Below the pieces are notes generated by a model. It did not search any database. It was not told the origin of the DNA and was given only the letters and a program-made list of their open reading frames with translations. A DNA stretch of 64,000 nt from an uncultured Candidatus Berkelbacteria bacterium (lineage in GTDB: Bacteria; Patescibacteriota; UBA1384; XYA2-FULL-43-10; CAINNR01), in NCBI GenBank assembly GCA_903851235.1, contig CAINNR010000001.1, forward strand, positions 22,432 to 86,431, in the 5' to 3' direction. How positions within the stretch are numbered: the stretch's first letter is position 1; every line of letters starts with the position of its first letter. The position numbers and the translations under genes were made by a program. Below, piece by piece: positions 27,530 through 36,964 of the stretch.

Positions 27530-27564
27530 AATATCTAAAATCTAAAAGATAATTTCTTATACTA

Positions 27565-27777
27565 CTATTTTGTCTCCGGCTCTACCGGTTTGGGAATTGA
27601 TTCTTTGGAGTCAACAATTTTTTTCCCGCGATATGTGCCGCAATTTTTACAAATATGATGTCGCTGTTTCGGTTCGTGACACTGCTCACAATAAACAATA
27701 CCAACGACATTAAGTTTGATCTGATGTCGACGGCTTCGAGTTCTGGTTTTTGATAGTTTCTTTTTTGGTTCGGCCAT
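27565..27777 (-). CDS. rpmF: 50S ribosomal protein L32 (Zn-ribbon form)
   Basis: MAEPKKKLSKTRTRSRR...CEQC...CKNCG. Confidence 0.8.
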   Translation of the reverse strand: MAEPKKKLSKTRTRSRRHQIKLNVVGIVYCEQCHEPKQRHHICKNCGTYRGKKIVDSKESIPKPVEPETK

Positions 27778-27864
27778 GGTTGTAAATAATAAATATTTAA
27801 TCAAAAATAATAATTTCAGATGCTACTGTTATAGTATGACAAAATTTGAGATAAAAATCAAGAG

Positions 27865-30195
27865 CTAAACTACAATACTAATGATTTTGTCTTTAATGTA
27901 AATAAATTTCTTAATTTCCGCTCCGGAGATATTGGCTTTGACCTTTTCGCGATTTAGAACGATATCTTTGATTTCATCTTCGCTGTCATTGATACTGATT
28001 TCAATTTCATCGCGAACCTTTCCGTTTATTTGAATTGCGACAGTGACTTTTTCATTAACAATATATTTTTCATCAAACTCCGGCCAAGTAGATAGCGAGG
28101 TGTTGATTTTGTTTGAAACTGAATTTGCCATCTTTGGCGCAAAAGGTGAGAGCAAGGTCAAAAATACTTCAGCCGATTTTTTGTCCCAACCATTTTTAGT
28201 AATATCACTAAAAGCTTCAATCAATGTACTGATTGCAGTGTTAAAACTAAAACTCTCAATATCCTCGCCGACCTTTTTAATTGCCTTATTAATAATTATT
28301 TTACTGCCATCATTTTTTTCAGAAAATTTGATCTCTGATAATTTTTCCACTTTTTGCAAAAACCGATGCATACCGACAATGCCGTTTTGATTCCATTTTG
28401 CCGGTTGTGAAAACGGACCGATATAAAGCTCGTACAACTTAAGCGCATCGGAACCGAATTTCTCCAGCAGTGGATCGGGATCGATTATATTGCCGCGCGA
28501 TTTTGACATCTTTAGACCGTCAATGCCCAAAATTGTGCCAACAGAAATTAATCTTTGAAACGGCTCTTTTGTGCCGACCAGTTTTTCGTCATACAAAACC
28601 TTGTGCCAGAATCGTGAATACAGTAAGTGGAGCACCGCATGTTCAGCGCCGCCAACATACAAATTTACCGGCAACCACGGGTCAATTTTCTTCCGATCCC
28701 AAATATATTCATTGCCGATCATAATTAAGTAGGCGATGTAATACCAGCAGGAGCCGGCCCATTGGGGCATTGTATTGGTTTCACGTTTCGCCGGACCGCC
28801 ACAATTAGGACACTTGGTGTTAAGCCAAGCGGCAATTGCCGGGTCAGATTCGTTGGACAGGGGAGAGCTGCCATCACCAACCGGTTGATAATTTTCAACG
28901 TGGGGCAAAATTATAGGCAAATCATTTTCTGGAACTGCGACGATACCACATTTTTCACAGTGAACAATCGGAATCGGCTCACCCCAATAGCGCTGGCGGG
29001 AAAATACCCAATCACGAAGTTTGAAATTAATAGTAAAATCACCGTGATTTGAAGATTTTAGTTTCTCGGTGATTTTTTTGTTCGCTTCGGCTGATGTCAT
29101 ACCATCAAATTCAGCTGAATTGATCAAAATTCCGTAATCGGTAAACACCTCGGTTTGATCTTGATTAATATCATCACTTGGTTTGATTACGTGAATAATA
29201 GGAATATCATATTTTTTTGCAAATTCAAAATCCCGTTCGTCGTGAGCCGGAACCGCCATCACAGCGCCGGTACCATAGTGGCCCAGAACATAATCGGCAA
29301 CCCAAACCGAAACTTCTTTACCATTGATTGGGTTTATTGCATTAATTCTCTTAAGTTCAACACCGGTTTTTTCTTTTTGCAATTCAGTCCGTTCCAAGTC
29401 GGATTTGTTTTTAGACTTTTCGATGTATTCGTTAATTTCTTTGACATTAGAGCTTTGAGTTTTGAGCTTTTCAATTAATTCGTGTTCCGGCGCTAGAACA
29501 ACATAGGTACAGCCGAACAATGTATCGGCTCGGGTGGTGTAAACTTCGATTTTCTCTTTCGAATCTTTTATATCAAAAACAATATTTGAGCCTTCGGAAC
29601 GACCGATCCAATTTCTTTGCATTTCTTTAATCGGCTCCGGCCAATCCAAACCATCAAGATCTTCCAAAAGGCGGTCGGCATACTCGGTAATTTTTAAAAT
29701 CCATTGGCGAATATTTTTTCGCACAACCTGTGTTCCGCATCGTTCACACTTACCATTTATGACTTCTTCGTTGGCAAGACCAGTTTTGCAAGATGGGCAG
29801 TAGTTAATCGGAGTTTCGGCTTCGTAAGCCAAACCTCGTTCAAATAATTTCAAGAAAATAAATTGGGTCCAACGATAATATTTCGGGTCGGTAGTATTAA
29901 TTTCCTTGTCCCAATCGTACGACAAATCAAATTTATTTAATTGATCTTTAAATCTTGCAACATTTTCCGCCACAACTTTTTCCGGATGAATTTTGTTTTT
30001 AATTGCATAATTTTCCGCCGGCAAACCGAAAGCATCCCAACCCATTGGGTGGAGGATATCGTAACCTTGTAATTTTTTGTAGCGCGAAAAAACATCGGTT
30101 GCCGTGTAACCGCGAGGATGGCCAACATGCAAACCCGCTCCAGATGGATATGGAAACATGTCGAGACAGTAGAAGTTTTTGGAGTTTTTAGACAT
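27865..30195 (-). CDS. leuS: leucine--tRNA ligase
   Basis: HIGH (HVGH) and KMSKS motifs. ATG at 30195 is preferred over the TTG at 30213 because it avoids overlap with the upstream gene. Confidence 0.93.
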   Translation of the reverse strand: MSKNSKNFYCLDMFPYPSGAGLHVGHPRGYTATDVFSRYKKLQGYDILHPMGWDAFGLPAENYAIKNKIHPEKVVAENVARFKDQLNKFDLSYDWDKEINTTDPKYYRWTQFIFLKLFERGLAYEAETPINYCPSCKTGLANEEVINGKCERCGTQVVRKNIRQWILKITEYADRLLEDLDGLDWPEPIKEMQRNWIGRSEGSNIVFDIKDSKEKIEVYTTRADTLFGCTYVVLAPEHELIEKLKTQSSNVKEINEYIEKSKNKSDLERTELQKEKTGVELKRINAINPINGKEVSVWVADYVLGHYGTGAVMAVPAHDERDFEFAKKYDIPIIHVIKPSDDINQDQTEVFTDYGILINSAEFDGMTSAEANKKITEKLKSSNHGDFTINFKLRDWVFSRQRYWGEPIPIVHCEKCGIVAVPENDLPIILPHVENYQPVGDGSSPLSNESDPAIAAWLNTKCPNCGGPAKRETNTMPQWAGSCWYYIAYLIMIGNEYIWDRKKIDPWLPVNLYVGGAEHAVLHLLYSRFWHKVLYDEKLVGTKEPFQRLISVGTILGIDGLKMSKSRGNIIDPDPLLEKFGSDALKLYELYIGPFSQPAKWNQNGIVGMHRFLQKVEKLSEIKFSEKNDGSKIIINKAIKKVGEDIESFSFNTAISTLIEAFSDITKNGWDKKSAEVFLTLLSPFAPKMANSVSNKINTSLSTWPEFDEKYIVNEKVTVAIQINGKVRDEIEISINDSEDEIKDIVLNREKVKANISGAEIKKFIYIKDKIISIVV

Positions 30196-30199
30196 TCTT

Positions 30200-30808
30200 T
30201 TAGAAATTTTCAATAATATTTTTTATTTTTTCGTAATAATTTTCATTATCAATGTTGATCAATTGAAAATTGTATTTTTCAGCTTCTGAAATAATCCAAT
30301 TATTATATGCCACCACCCATTCAACTTCTTTTTCCTTGACAGTGTCTGGGTATTTGTCGGCATCATCCCATAATCCACGTGTAAAAATAACTTTTCGTAT
30401 TTTATTTAAATTATTACTGGTTAAAAACACTGCAATTATTTTTTTTTCAGTTTTCAATTCTTTAATGCACTTTGGAAGTAGTGCAATACCTTCGATAATA
30501 AATGATTCCCAGACATAGTCGGTTTCTATAATTGCTTTAACACCTTTCCAAACATTTTCGCTCTCTTTATTTTGTTTGAAAACAATTTCACTAGATGAGT
30601 TTTCGTTGAGGAATTTAATTGCCATTTTAGATGTACTGTCACTGAAACTAAAAAGATCTGAGTAATCCTCACGACGTACTATTAATCTCATTTGTTCGCG
30701 AATTGTGTCAGTGGAAATCCAAGGTAATCCTAACTCATTGGCAATTTTTCGTGCTATAAAACTTTTGCCTAGTGTCGGAGCACCTCCGATTAAAACTATC
30801 TTATTCAT
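30200..30808 (-). CDS. P-loop NTPase / small-molecule kinase-like protein
   Basis: Walker A GGAPTLGKS. Lies 4 nt upstream of leuS, so probably co-transcribed. Confidence 0.6.
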   Translation of the reverse strand: MNKIVLIGGAPTLGKSFIARKIANELGLPWISTDTIREQMRLIVRREDYSDLFSFSDSTSKMAIKFLNENSSSEIVFKQNKESENVWKGVKAIIETDYVWESFIIEGIALLPKCIKELKTEKKIIAVFLTSNNLNKIRKVIFTRGLWDDADKYPDTVKEKEVEWVVAYNNWIISEAEKYNFQLINIDNENYYEKIKNIIENF

Positions 30809-30823
30809 AATAATGCTAATTAT

Positions 30824-30900
30824 TGGTGGACCCGATCAGGCTTGAACTGACGACCTCATCGCTGCCAGCGATGCGCTCTAGCCAACTGAGCTACGGGCCC
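30824..30900 (-). tRNA. tRNA-Ala (anticodon GGC), CCA encoded
   Basis: Cloverleaf drawn by hand. G3:U70 identity pair, anticodon loop CUGGCAG, T-loop GTTCAAG. Confidence 0.9.
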
Positions 30901-31075
30901 ATAATAAAAACATAGCACAAATTTGAGCTCGAATCAATAATATCTACTTAGATTCGTTGAATGCCCACCAAAGCAAGACACCGATTATCATCGCCGTTAT
31001 CAACCACCAGTACCAGGCCATAGGCCCCCTTTCAGGGGAATATCTAATTTCTAACTTCTAAACAAAATGAATAAA

Positions 31076-31900
31076 TCATTTCTTTACAACTCGAATCGCA
31101 CAGTCGGGACAAAATCGATAGCAATTGCCACAATTAATACATTTATCGATATCGATTTCCGGTACCGGAGTGCCATAAACACCAAGAGTTTTTCCGAATG
31201 ATAATGCATTGACCGGACATTTTAAGATACAAATTCCACAACCTTTGCAATATTTCGGTACAATAACCGCAACGCGCTGAGAATTTTTTTTAACAATTAA
31301 ACTGTCACTGGTGTCATATTCCGCCTTCGTGAACTTTTTGCTTTCGAGCGAAAAATCATAAGCAAAATCAAAAGCCTCTTTGGCTTTTCCCGCCAAGGAT
31401 TTATTCTTCGCGAACTTCTTACCAAGTTGCTCGGCAATTATCTCCCAGAGCGCATTTTTAGGATAATCGAGAAAGTTTTTTGCCAAAGCCGCGAGCGCCA
31501 AAATATTTTGATTTTTGGCGCCAAACTCTTCCTCAGCTAATTTCGTTGCCGGTATTGCAAAAAGACGAGAATTATTCAATGTGAAATTTTGTCTGGCAAT
31601 TGTTGAGGAATCAAAAAGAACATCAGTTTTTGAACCGATATATGATTCGATGGTTTTAATAGCCCGTCGGCGAAGAACCATAACAATATCGGCCGTGTCA
31701 AATTTCGGATAAGTAATTTGAGATTTTGAAAATTGAATAAATGAAACCGATGGTGTTCCGCGTTGCTCCGGACCGAACTGTGGGATATAGCTGACAAAAT
31801 AATCAGCTTTAACCAAAGCCAGAGATAAAATTTTGGCGATGGTTTGTATTCCTTGCCCGCCTTCACCGGCGAGAACAATTTTTGTTACATCATTTTTCAT
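31076..31900 (-). CDS. 2-oxoacid:ferredoxin oxidoreductase gamma subunit fused to delta (2x[4Fe-4S] ferredoxin)
   Basis: N-terminal PorG-like region (VLAGEGGQGIQT). C-terminal CxxCxxCxxxCP repeated twice. Confidence 0.85.
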   Translation of the reverse strand: MKNDVTKIVLAGEGGQGIQTIAKILSLALVKADYFVSYIPQFGPEQRGTPSVSFIQFSKSQITYPKFDTADIVMVLRRRAIKTIESYIGSKTDVLFDSSTIARQNFTLNNSRLFAIPATKLAEEEFGAKNQNILALAALAKNFLDYPKNALWEIIAEQLGKKFAKNKSLAGKAKEAFDFAYDFSLESKKFTKAEYDTSDSLIVKKNSQRVAVIVPKYCKGCGICILKCPVNALSFGKTLGVYGTPVPEIDIDKCINCGNCYRFCPDCAIRVVKK

Positions 31901-31902
31901 AA

Positions 31903-32667
31903 TTATATGTCCTCTGATTTCTTGTCCAATGTTTTTTTTACCTCGCCGACCGGATAGATCTTTTCCAATTTTGCCAAAAATTCAAAACTTTCCGCTGCGT
32001 CGGTTTTCCAGTTTGTCGGGCAGATTGATAAAATTTCCACCATTGAAAAACTGTTATTTTTTTGCTGATTTTCAATCGCTTTAGTAATTATTGAATCCAT
32101 AAGAGTCGGGTTCCCAACTGAGGCGCGAGCAATAAACGCTTTTGAGTTTGCAATTTGTCGAACTAATTCCGGCCCATGGAAAGCCGGACCAAAAATACTG
32201 GCATTTTTCCCAAGCGGCGAGGTGGTTGTCACCTCATTGGGAACAGTTGTTGGAGCCATTTGGCCGCCAGTCATCGAATATTCGGTATTGTTGATAACAA
32301 TTGCCAATATCGGGTCGTTGCGAAAAGCGGCATGCAGAAGCGACTGCAAGCCGATAGCATATGCGCCGCCGTCGCCCATCAAGGCGATTACGACTCGAGA
32401 GCCGCGAGCCATTTTGTAACCGACTGAAACCGGAACTGAACGACCGTGGTGAGATTGGATAATATCAAAATTAAAGTAATTCCAAGAAAGCAAGGTGCAA
32501 CCGATGTCAATTACCAGTGTTGTTTTAGATTGAATATTTTCACTATCGACAACATTGCCTAAGTGTTTTAGGATAATGCTTTCGCCACAACCGGGGCAAA
32601 ACAAACTCGGTTTGGATTTAGAGTTTAAGCACTGTGGCATTGCAAATTGTTCGTTGGGAGTTTTCAT
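31903..32667 (-). CDS. 2-oxoacid:ferredoxin oxidoreductase beta subunit (TPP-binding)
   Basis: GDGG...Y TPP motif and a Cys cluster. Confidence 0.9.
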   Translation of the reverse strand: MKTPNEQFAMPQCLNSKSKPSLFCPGCGESIILKHLGNVVDSENIQSKTTLVIDIGCTLLSWNYFNFDIIQSHHGRSVPVSVGYKMARGSRVVIALMGDGGAYAIGLQSLLHAAFRNDPILAIVINNTEYSMTGGQMAPTTVPNEVTTTSPLGKNASIFGPAFHGPELVRQIANSKAFIARASVGNPTLMDSIITKAIENQQKNNSFSMVEILSICPTNWKTDAAESFEFLAKLEKIYPVGEVKKTLDKKSEDI

Positions 32668-33707
32668 TATCTATGATCTTTAACGATTTTGTAAATCTCT
32701 TCCGGGGTAAAACCGACCGCCGGTTTGAAGACTTTGACCATTTTGCCGGCAAGCTCCGGGATCATGTATACCAAAAGTCTGGCAAACTGTTCAAACGCTG
32801 ATTCCATTACAAAGACTCGATCGGCTTTTCTGATTTGGCTTCGAATTTGTGCCGTGTCAAGCGGACGCAAGGTAATTGGTCTAACTAACCCGGCTTTGAT
32901 GCCATCTGAGCGTAAGTCGTCAATTGCCGATTTTGCAGCCGAAGCAACACTTCCGTGAGCGAGGATAATATCCTTGGCACCAGAAGTTTTATAATTTTCC
33001 GATTCGGCAACTTTAGTGATGAGCAATTTATAATCGGAAATATTTCGCTCTAAGACCTTTGAAAATTCCGGCTCAGAGCCATAACAGTTTCGAATATGCG
33101 TCGGCTTATCGACGTCTTCCCGTAAAATTTTCCTCGCCGGATACGGGCGCAGAGGTTTTGAAAATTCGGTTGTAATTTTTTGTTTACCAAGATAGCCATC
33201 GGTTAAAAGAAAGGTCGGGAAGTTATATTTCCAAGCGGTGGAAAATATTTTTGCTGAAAGTTCATAGGCCTCAGCGATATTTGACGCCGAGTATACTATT
33301 CGTAAACCATCACCATTTCCACCAAGTGCTGCTAAATTAACCTCTTGCTGAGAATAAATTACCGTTCCGGTTGATGGTCCGCCACGCTGGGCGATTATTC
33401 CAACAAATGGCAAACGTTCGTTTTCAGCCATTGAGATTGGATCTTGCATCAAAACATGACCAACTCCGGCGGTGGCGGTGAAGGCTTTTTTGCCGGCAAG
33501 AATTGCTCCTAAGGTGGCAAAGCCAGAAGCAATTTCATCTTCTGCCTGCAGGTACTGTAGATTAATATCCTCTGAAGCAGTGCGAATCCAACCCTCTAAA
33601 ATTTCTGTCGCCGGTGTAATAGGGTAACCGAAAAACATCTCGGCGCCACCTTCTAACGTGCCTAGAACTATCGCTTCATTTCCAGTGATAAATTTCTTCT
33701 CTGACAA
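32667..33707 (-). CDS. 2-oxoacid:ferredoxin oxidoreductase alpha subunit
   Basis: GYPITPATEI N-terminal motif. Confidence 0.9.
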   Translation of the reverse strand: MSEKKFITGNEAIVLGTLEGGAEMFFGYPITPATEILEGWIRTASEDINLQYLQAEDEIASGFATLGAILAGKKAFTATAGVGHVLMQDPISMAENERLPFVGIIAQRGGPSTGTVIYSQQEVNLAALGGNGDGLRIVYSASNIAEAYELSAKIFSTAWKYNFPTFLLTDGYLGKQKITTEFSKPLRPYPARKILREDVDKPTHIRNCYGSEPEFSKVLERNISDYKLLITKVAESENYKTSGAKDIILAHGSVASAAKSAIDDLRSDGIKAGLVRPITLRPLDTAQIRSQIRKADRVFVMESAFEQFARLLVYMIPELAGKMVKVFKPAVGFTPEEIYKIVKDHR

Positions 33708-33755
33708 ACTGCTCCTGACATTATGTCTAAAATAATTTAGAATTTCCTTAATTCA

Positions 33756-34754
33756 TTATACCTTTGATTCCAGTTTTTTGGCAATCGCCAGTTCTTCATC
33801 CGGTTTGACAAGTTTTATTTGAAAATCAAGATATTCCAGTCCAGAGGTGATTTTTTTTCTAATTAGTGCGGAACCAAACCCAATTTCGCCCGAAAATGCA
33901 ACAATGTCAACACCACCTAATGCGGCGGCGTAAGCGCCGATATACTTCTTAGCCCGATAACATAAAATATCTATTGCCAGTTTGGACATTTCGTCACCGG
34001 ATTCCAAAAGTTCCAGCATATCACCGGACATTCCGGAGACACCGGCAAGCCCTGAATGGTTTTCAATGCTATCGCGAGTTTTCTTTAGTCCAATTTTCTC
34101 TGTTAGAAATAAAACTATCTCTGGATCAATATCTCCACTTCTAACTTGCATCGGTAATCCTTCCATTGGCGTAAATCCCATCGAAGTGTCAATCGGTTTT
34201 CCGCGATCGATGGCTGAAATACTAGATCCGGCGCCTAGATGAATTGTAATAATTTTATTTTCGTGTGTCACGTCAGTATTTTCCAGCATTGAGTGATGCG
34301 AAATTCCATGAAATCCATAACGCTTGATACCGAATGTTTCGGCAATATTTTGATCGATGGGATAAGTTTTCGCCACGATAGGTAAATCTTTGAAGAATGC
34401 AGTGTCAAAGGCGGCAAAATGTTGCGAAAGCGGTAATTTGTTGATTAACAAACGTATTGCTTCGATTGCCGGTGGGTTGTGATGTGGAGCCAGTGGCGCA
34501 AACTCTTCGATAATTTTTATCACCGGCAAGGTTATTGGCATGACTTCTTCGGATTTATCGCCACCATGGACGACACGATAACCAGTTTTAGTAATTTCAT
34601 TGGCATGATTTCCAATATCAGAAAGGATTTTTTTAATCGTTTGGGGAATATTGCCGTCACGAAAATTCAACTTGTCGGATTTAATTTCCTCAAGCTTATC
34701 AGAAAAAAGTTTGTATTTAATTGATGATGACCCGGGATTGATTACCAAAATCAT
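33756..34754 (-). CDS. ackA: acetate kinase (compact, 332 aa)
   Basis: INPGSSSIKY, RYGFHGISH, HLGAGSSI and DTSMGFTPMEGL motifs. Confidence 0.88.
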   Translation of the reverse strand: MILVINPGSSSIKYKLFSDKLEEIKSDKLNFRDGNIPQTIKKILSDIGNHANEITKTGYRVVHGGDKSEEVMPITLPVIKIIEEFAPLAPHHNPPAIEAIRLLINKLPLSQHFAAFDTAFFKDLPIVAKTYPIDQNIAETFGIKRYGFHGISHHSMLENTDVTHENKIITIHLGAGSSISAIDRGKPIDTSMGFTPMEGLPMQVRSGDIDPEIVLFLTEKIGLKKTRDSIENHSGLAGVSGMSGDMLELLESGDEMSKLAIDILCYRAKKYIGAYAAALGGVDIVAFSGEIGFGSALIRKKITSGLEYLDFQIKLVKPDEELAIAKKLESKV

Positions 34755-34759
34755 AATTA

Positions 34760-35326
34760 TTAGTCAATTATTTCTCCAAAACATTTGCCGGTTATGCCGG
34801 CGGCGTTACCCTCATCGGTATCCAAGTGAAATCGGAGTTGATAGTGTTTGTTAATCTTAACATTTACATCAGCAAAAATTATTTTACCGCGCGGAGTTTC
34901 AGCCGCAATACTGATTTTTTGTCCGTCGACAATATTTAATTCTTTGGCGTTGTCCGGGCTGGCATGTAAATGCCGAATGGCGACCATCATGGCGCATCGA
35001 CGAATTTCTCCGAGATCAGTTTTCAAAATGACATTGGCACAACCGTTGGCAATATTGGTTTCATACGGCGCGATAATGCCAATTTGATAGCAATCAGTGA
35101 GTGAAACTTCGGTTTGAGTATCCGAGCGAAATGGCGAGAGAAACCTCGCCGAAATTTCACCTTTTGGTCCGACAATCGTCACAATTTTGTCCGTAGCGAA
35201 CTCGCCATGTTGAGATAATTCTTTAATAGTTTTAAATGGCGTCTCTGCGCCGAAAAGAAAATCATAGTCATTTTTCGACAAATGAATGTGTCTGGCCGAA
35301 ACTTCAATTTCAATTTCTTTTTTCAT
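34760..35326 (-). CDS. PduL/EutD-type phosphate acyltransferase (phosphotransacetylase analogue)
   Basis: Two PduL-like repeats with SARHIHLS and RHLHASPD His motifs. Positioned between the POR and ackA genes. Confidence 0.75.
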   Translation of the reverse strand: MKKEIEIEVSARHIHLSKNDYDFLFGAETPFKTIKELSQHGEFATDKIVTIVGPKGEISARFLSPFRSDTQTEVSLTDCYQIGIIAPYETNIANGCANVILKTDLGEIRRCAMMVAIRHLHASPDNAKELNIVDGQKISIAAETPRGKIIFADVNVKINKHYQLRFHLDTDEGNAAGITGKCFGEIID

Positions 35327-35332
35327 TATTTA

Positions 35333-36964
35333 TTACTTAACAATAATTTCTGAAAGTAAACTGTGACCAGTCATCGAATCTGGCTTTGGAATTCCAAACA
35401 GATCCAGAATTGTCGGCGCGATATCGGCCAGCGAGTTTTTTGATGAAATCAATCCGGAAAGCATGTCTCCACCGGAAAGTGTATTTTTGTTTTTTCCCCG
35501 TAAATCAGATCGGACGAGAATAAACGGTACGGGCGACAGCGAGTGAAATGTTTCCCGATCATGTCCGGTTTTAACTTCAATCATTTGCTCGGCGTTTCCG
35601 TGATCGGCAGTGACGATCAATGTGCCGTCAACTGATAAAACCGCGTCAGATAACTCTTTTAAAACAGCGTCGACAATACTGACTGCGGCAGTAGTTGCCG
35701 GCAAGTCGCCGGAGTGGCCGACGCTATCGACATTAGCATAATTGACTAACATAAATTGATATTTTTTTGATTTAACCGCCGCGGTAAGTTTTGCCGTAAT
35801 CTTCGCCGCTTCCATTTCAGGTTTTTGATCAAAGCTTGTAACCTCAGCCGACTGGACTACAACCCGCTCCTCACCCGGAAACGGTTCTTCCTGCCCGCAA
35901 TTGAAGAAATAACTGATATGCGGATATTTTTCACTTTCAGCAATACGATACTGTTTCAAGCCGGCATTGGCAATAATTTTGCCTAACGTTTGCTCGACTT
36001 TTTCCGATGGAAAGGCGATGTGAATTTTAGATTCGATCACCACTGGCAAATAATAGGGGGTGAAGGCGACGAAATATATACTATTCGGTGCCGGATATTT
36101 CGGCCCGGTGTTGTGCATGCCGAGTAGCGCCAAAGTTAATTGGCGTGCGCGGTCCGGTCGATAATTGAAAAATATCACACTGTCGTTGTCTAGAATTTTA
36201 CAGATCGGTCCGCGATCATTTCTGATCACCGTAGGCGGAATATACTGATCGTTGAAACCCAGTTTGTATGAGTTGGAAATTAATTCGACGGCTGATGTGG
36301 CAAAATTTCCGGTGCCGTGAACCATCGCTTGCAGAGATTTGGAAATATTCTCCCAATGATTATCACGATTCATCGCATAATGTCGACCGGTGATGGTCGC
36401 AATTTCTCCAATTCCAATTTCGGCAATCTTTTTTTGCAACTGGATAATAAAATTTAGCCCGCTGGTGCTGTCAGTATCCATACCATCTGTAATTACATGA
36501 ATATATACCTTTGGCAACTGATAAAGCTTTGCAAGTTTCAGTAGGGCGTACAGATGGTCAATGTGACTGTGGATTCCACCATCGGAAACTAAACCGATAA
36601 GATGGAGTGAGGAGTTGTAAGATAGCGCGTTGCGACAGGCGCCAACCAAAGCATCGTTTTGAAAAAAAGATTTATCAGCAACACAATCAGATATTCGCTC
36701 CAGGTCTTGAAAAACAATTTTTCCAGCACCGATGGAAGAGTGACCAATTTCAGAATTACCGACCATTTTATAATTGCCGGCGACCTGACGAAATGCTTGC
36801 AAAATTGCATGCGGATAATCGCGCCAAAGCGTGTTCATGGTCTTTGGGTCAGCCATGGAAATTGCATTGCCACCCCATGCCGGTGACATACCCCAACCGT
36901 CGAGGATTGCTAAAACGATAGGTGTTTGGCTAGATTGTTCCATTTTGCCTTTCATATTTGACAT
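35333..36964 (-). CDS. gpmI: 2,3-bisphosphoglycerate-independent phosphoglycerate mutase, paralog 1
   Basis: ILDGWG, GNSEIGH, HSHIDH and ADHGN motifs. The start may be the internal MEQSSQ (36943). Confidence 0.9.
   Translation of the reverse strand: MSNMKGKMEQSSQTPIVLAILDGWGMSPAWGGNAISMADPKTMNTLWRDYPHAILQAFRQVAGNYKMVGNSEIGHSSIGAGKIVFQDLERISDCVADKSFFQNDALVGACRNALSYNSSLHLIGLVSDGGIHSHIDHLYALLKLAKLYQLPKVYIHVITDGMDTDSTSGLNFIIQLQKKIAEIGIGEIATITGRHYAMNRDNHWENISKSLQAMVHGTGNFATSAVELISNSYKLGFNDQYIPPTVIRNDRGPICKILDNDSVIFFNYRPDRARQLTLALLGMHNTGPKYPAPNSIYFVAFTPYYLPVVIESKIHIAFPSEKVEQTLGKIIANAGLKQYRIAESEKYPHISYFFNCGQEEPFPGEERVVVQSAEVTSFDQKPEMEAAKITAKLTAAVKSKKYQFMLVNYANVDSVGHSGDLPATTAAVSIVDAVLKELSDAVLSVDGTLIVTADHGNAEQMIEVKTGHDRETFHSLSPVPFILVRSDLRGKNKNTLSGGDMLSGLISSKNSLADIAPTILDLFGIPKPDSMTGHSLLSEIIVK

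Noticed and set aside
30196-30213. TTG start of leuS at 30213 (track)
   Set aside because: It would overlap the upstream kinase gene by 14 nt. The ATG at 30195 gives the conserved FYCLDMFPYPSG spacing and only a 4-nt gap.
31020-31075. CCCC-tttca-GGGG hairpin downstream of the POR gamma-delta gene as a terminator
   Set aside because: There is no U-run on the relevant (minus) strand, and the stem is only 4 bp.
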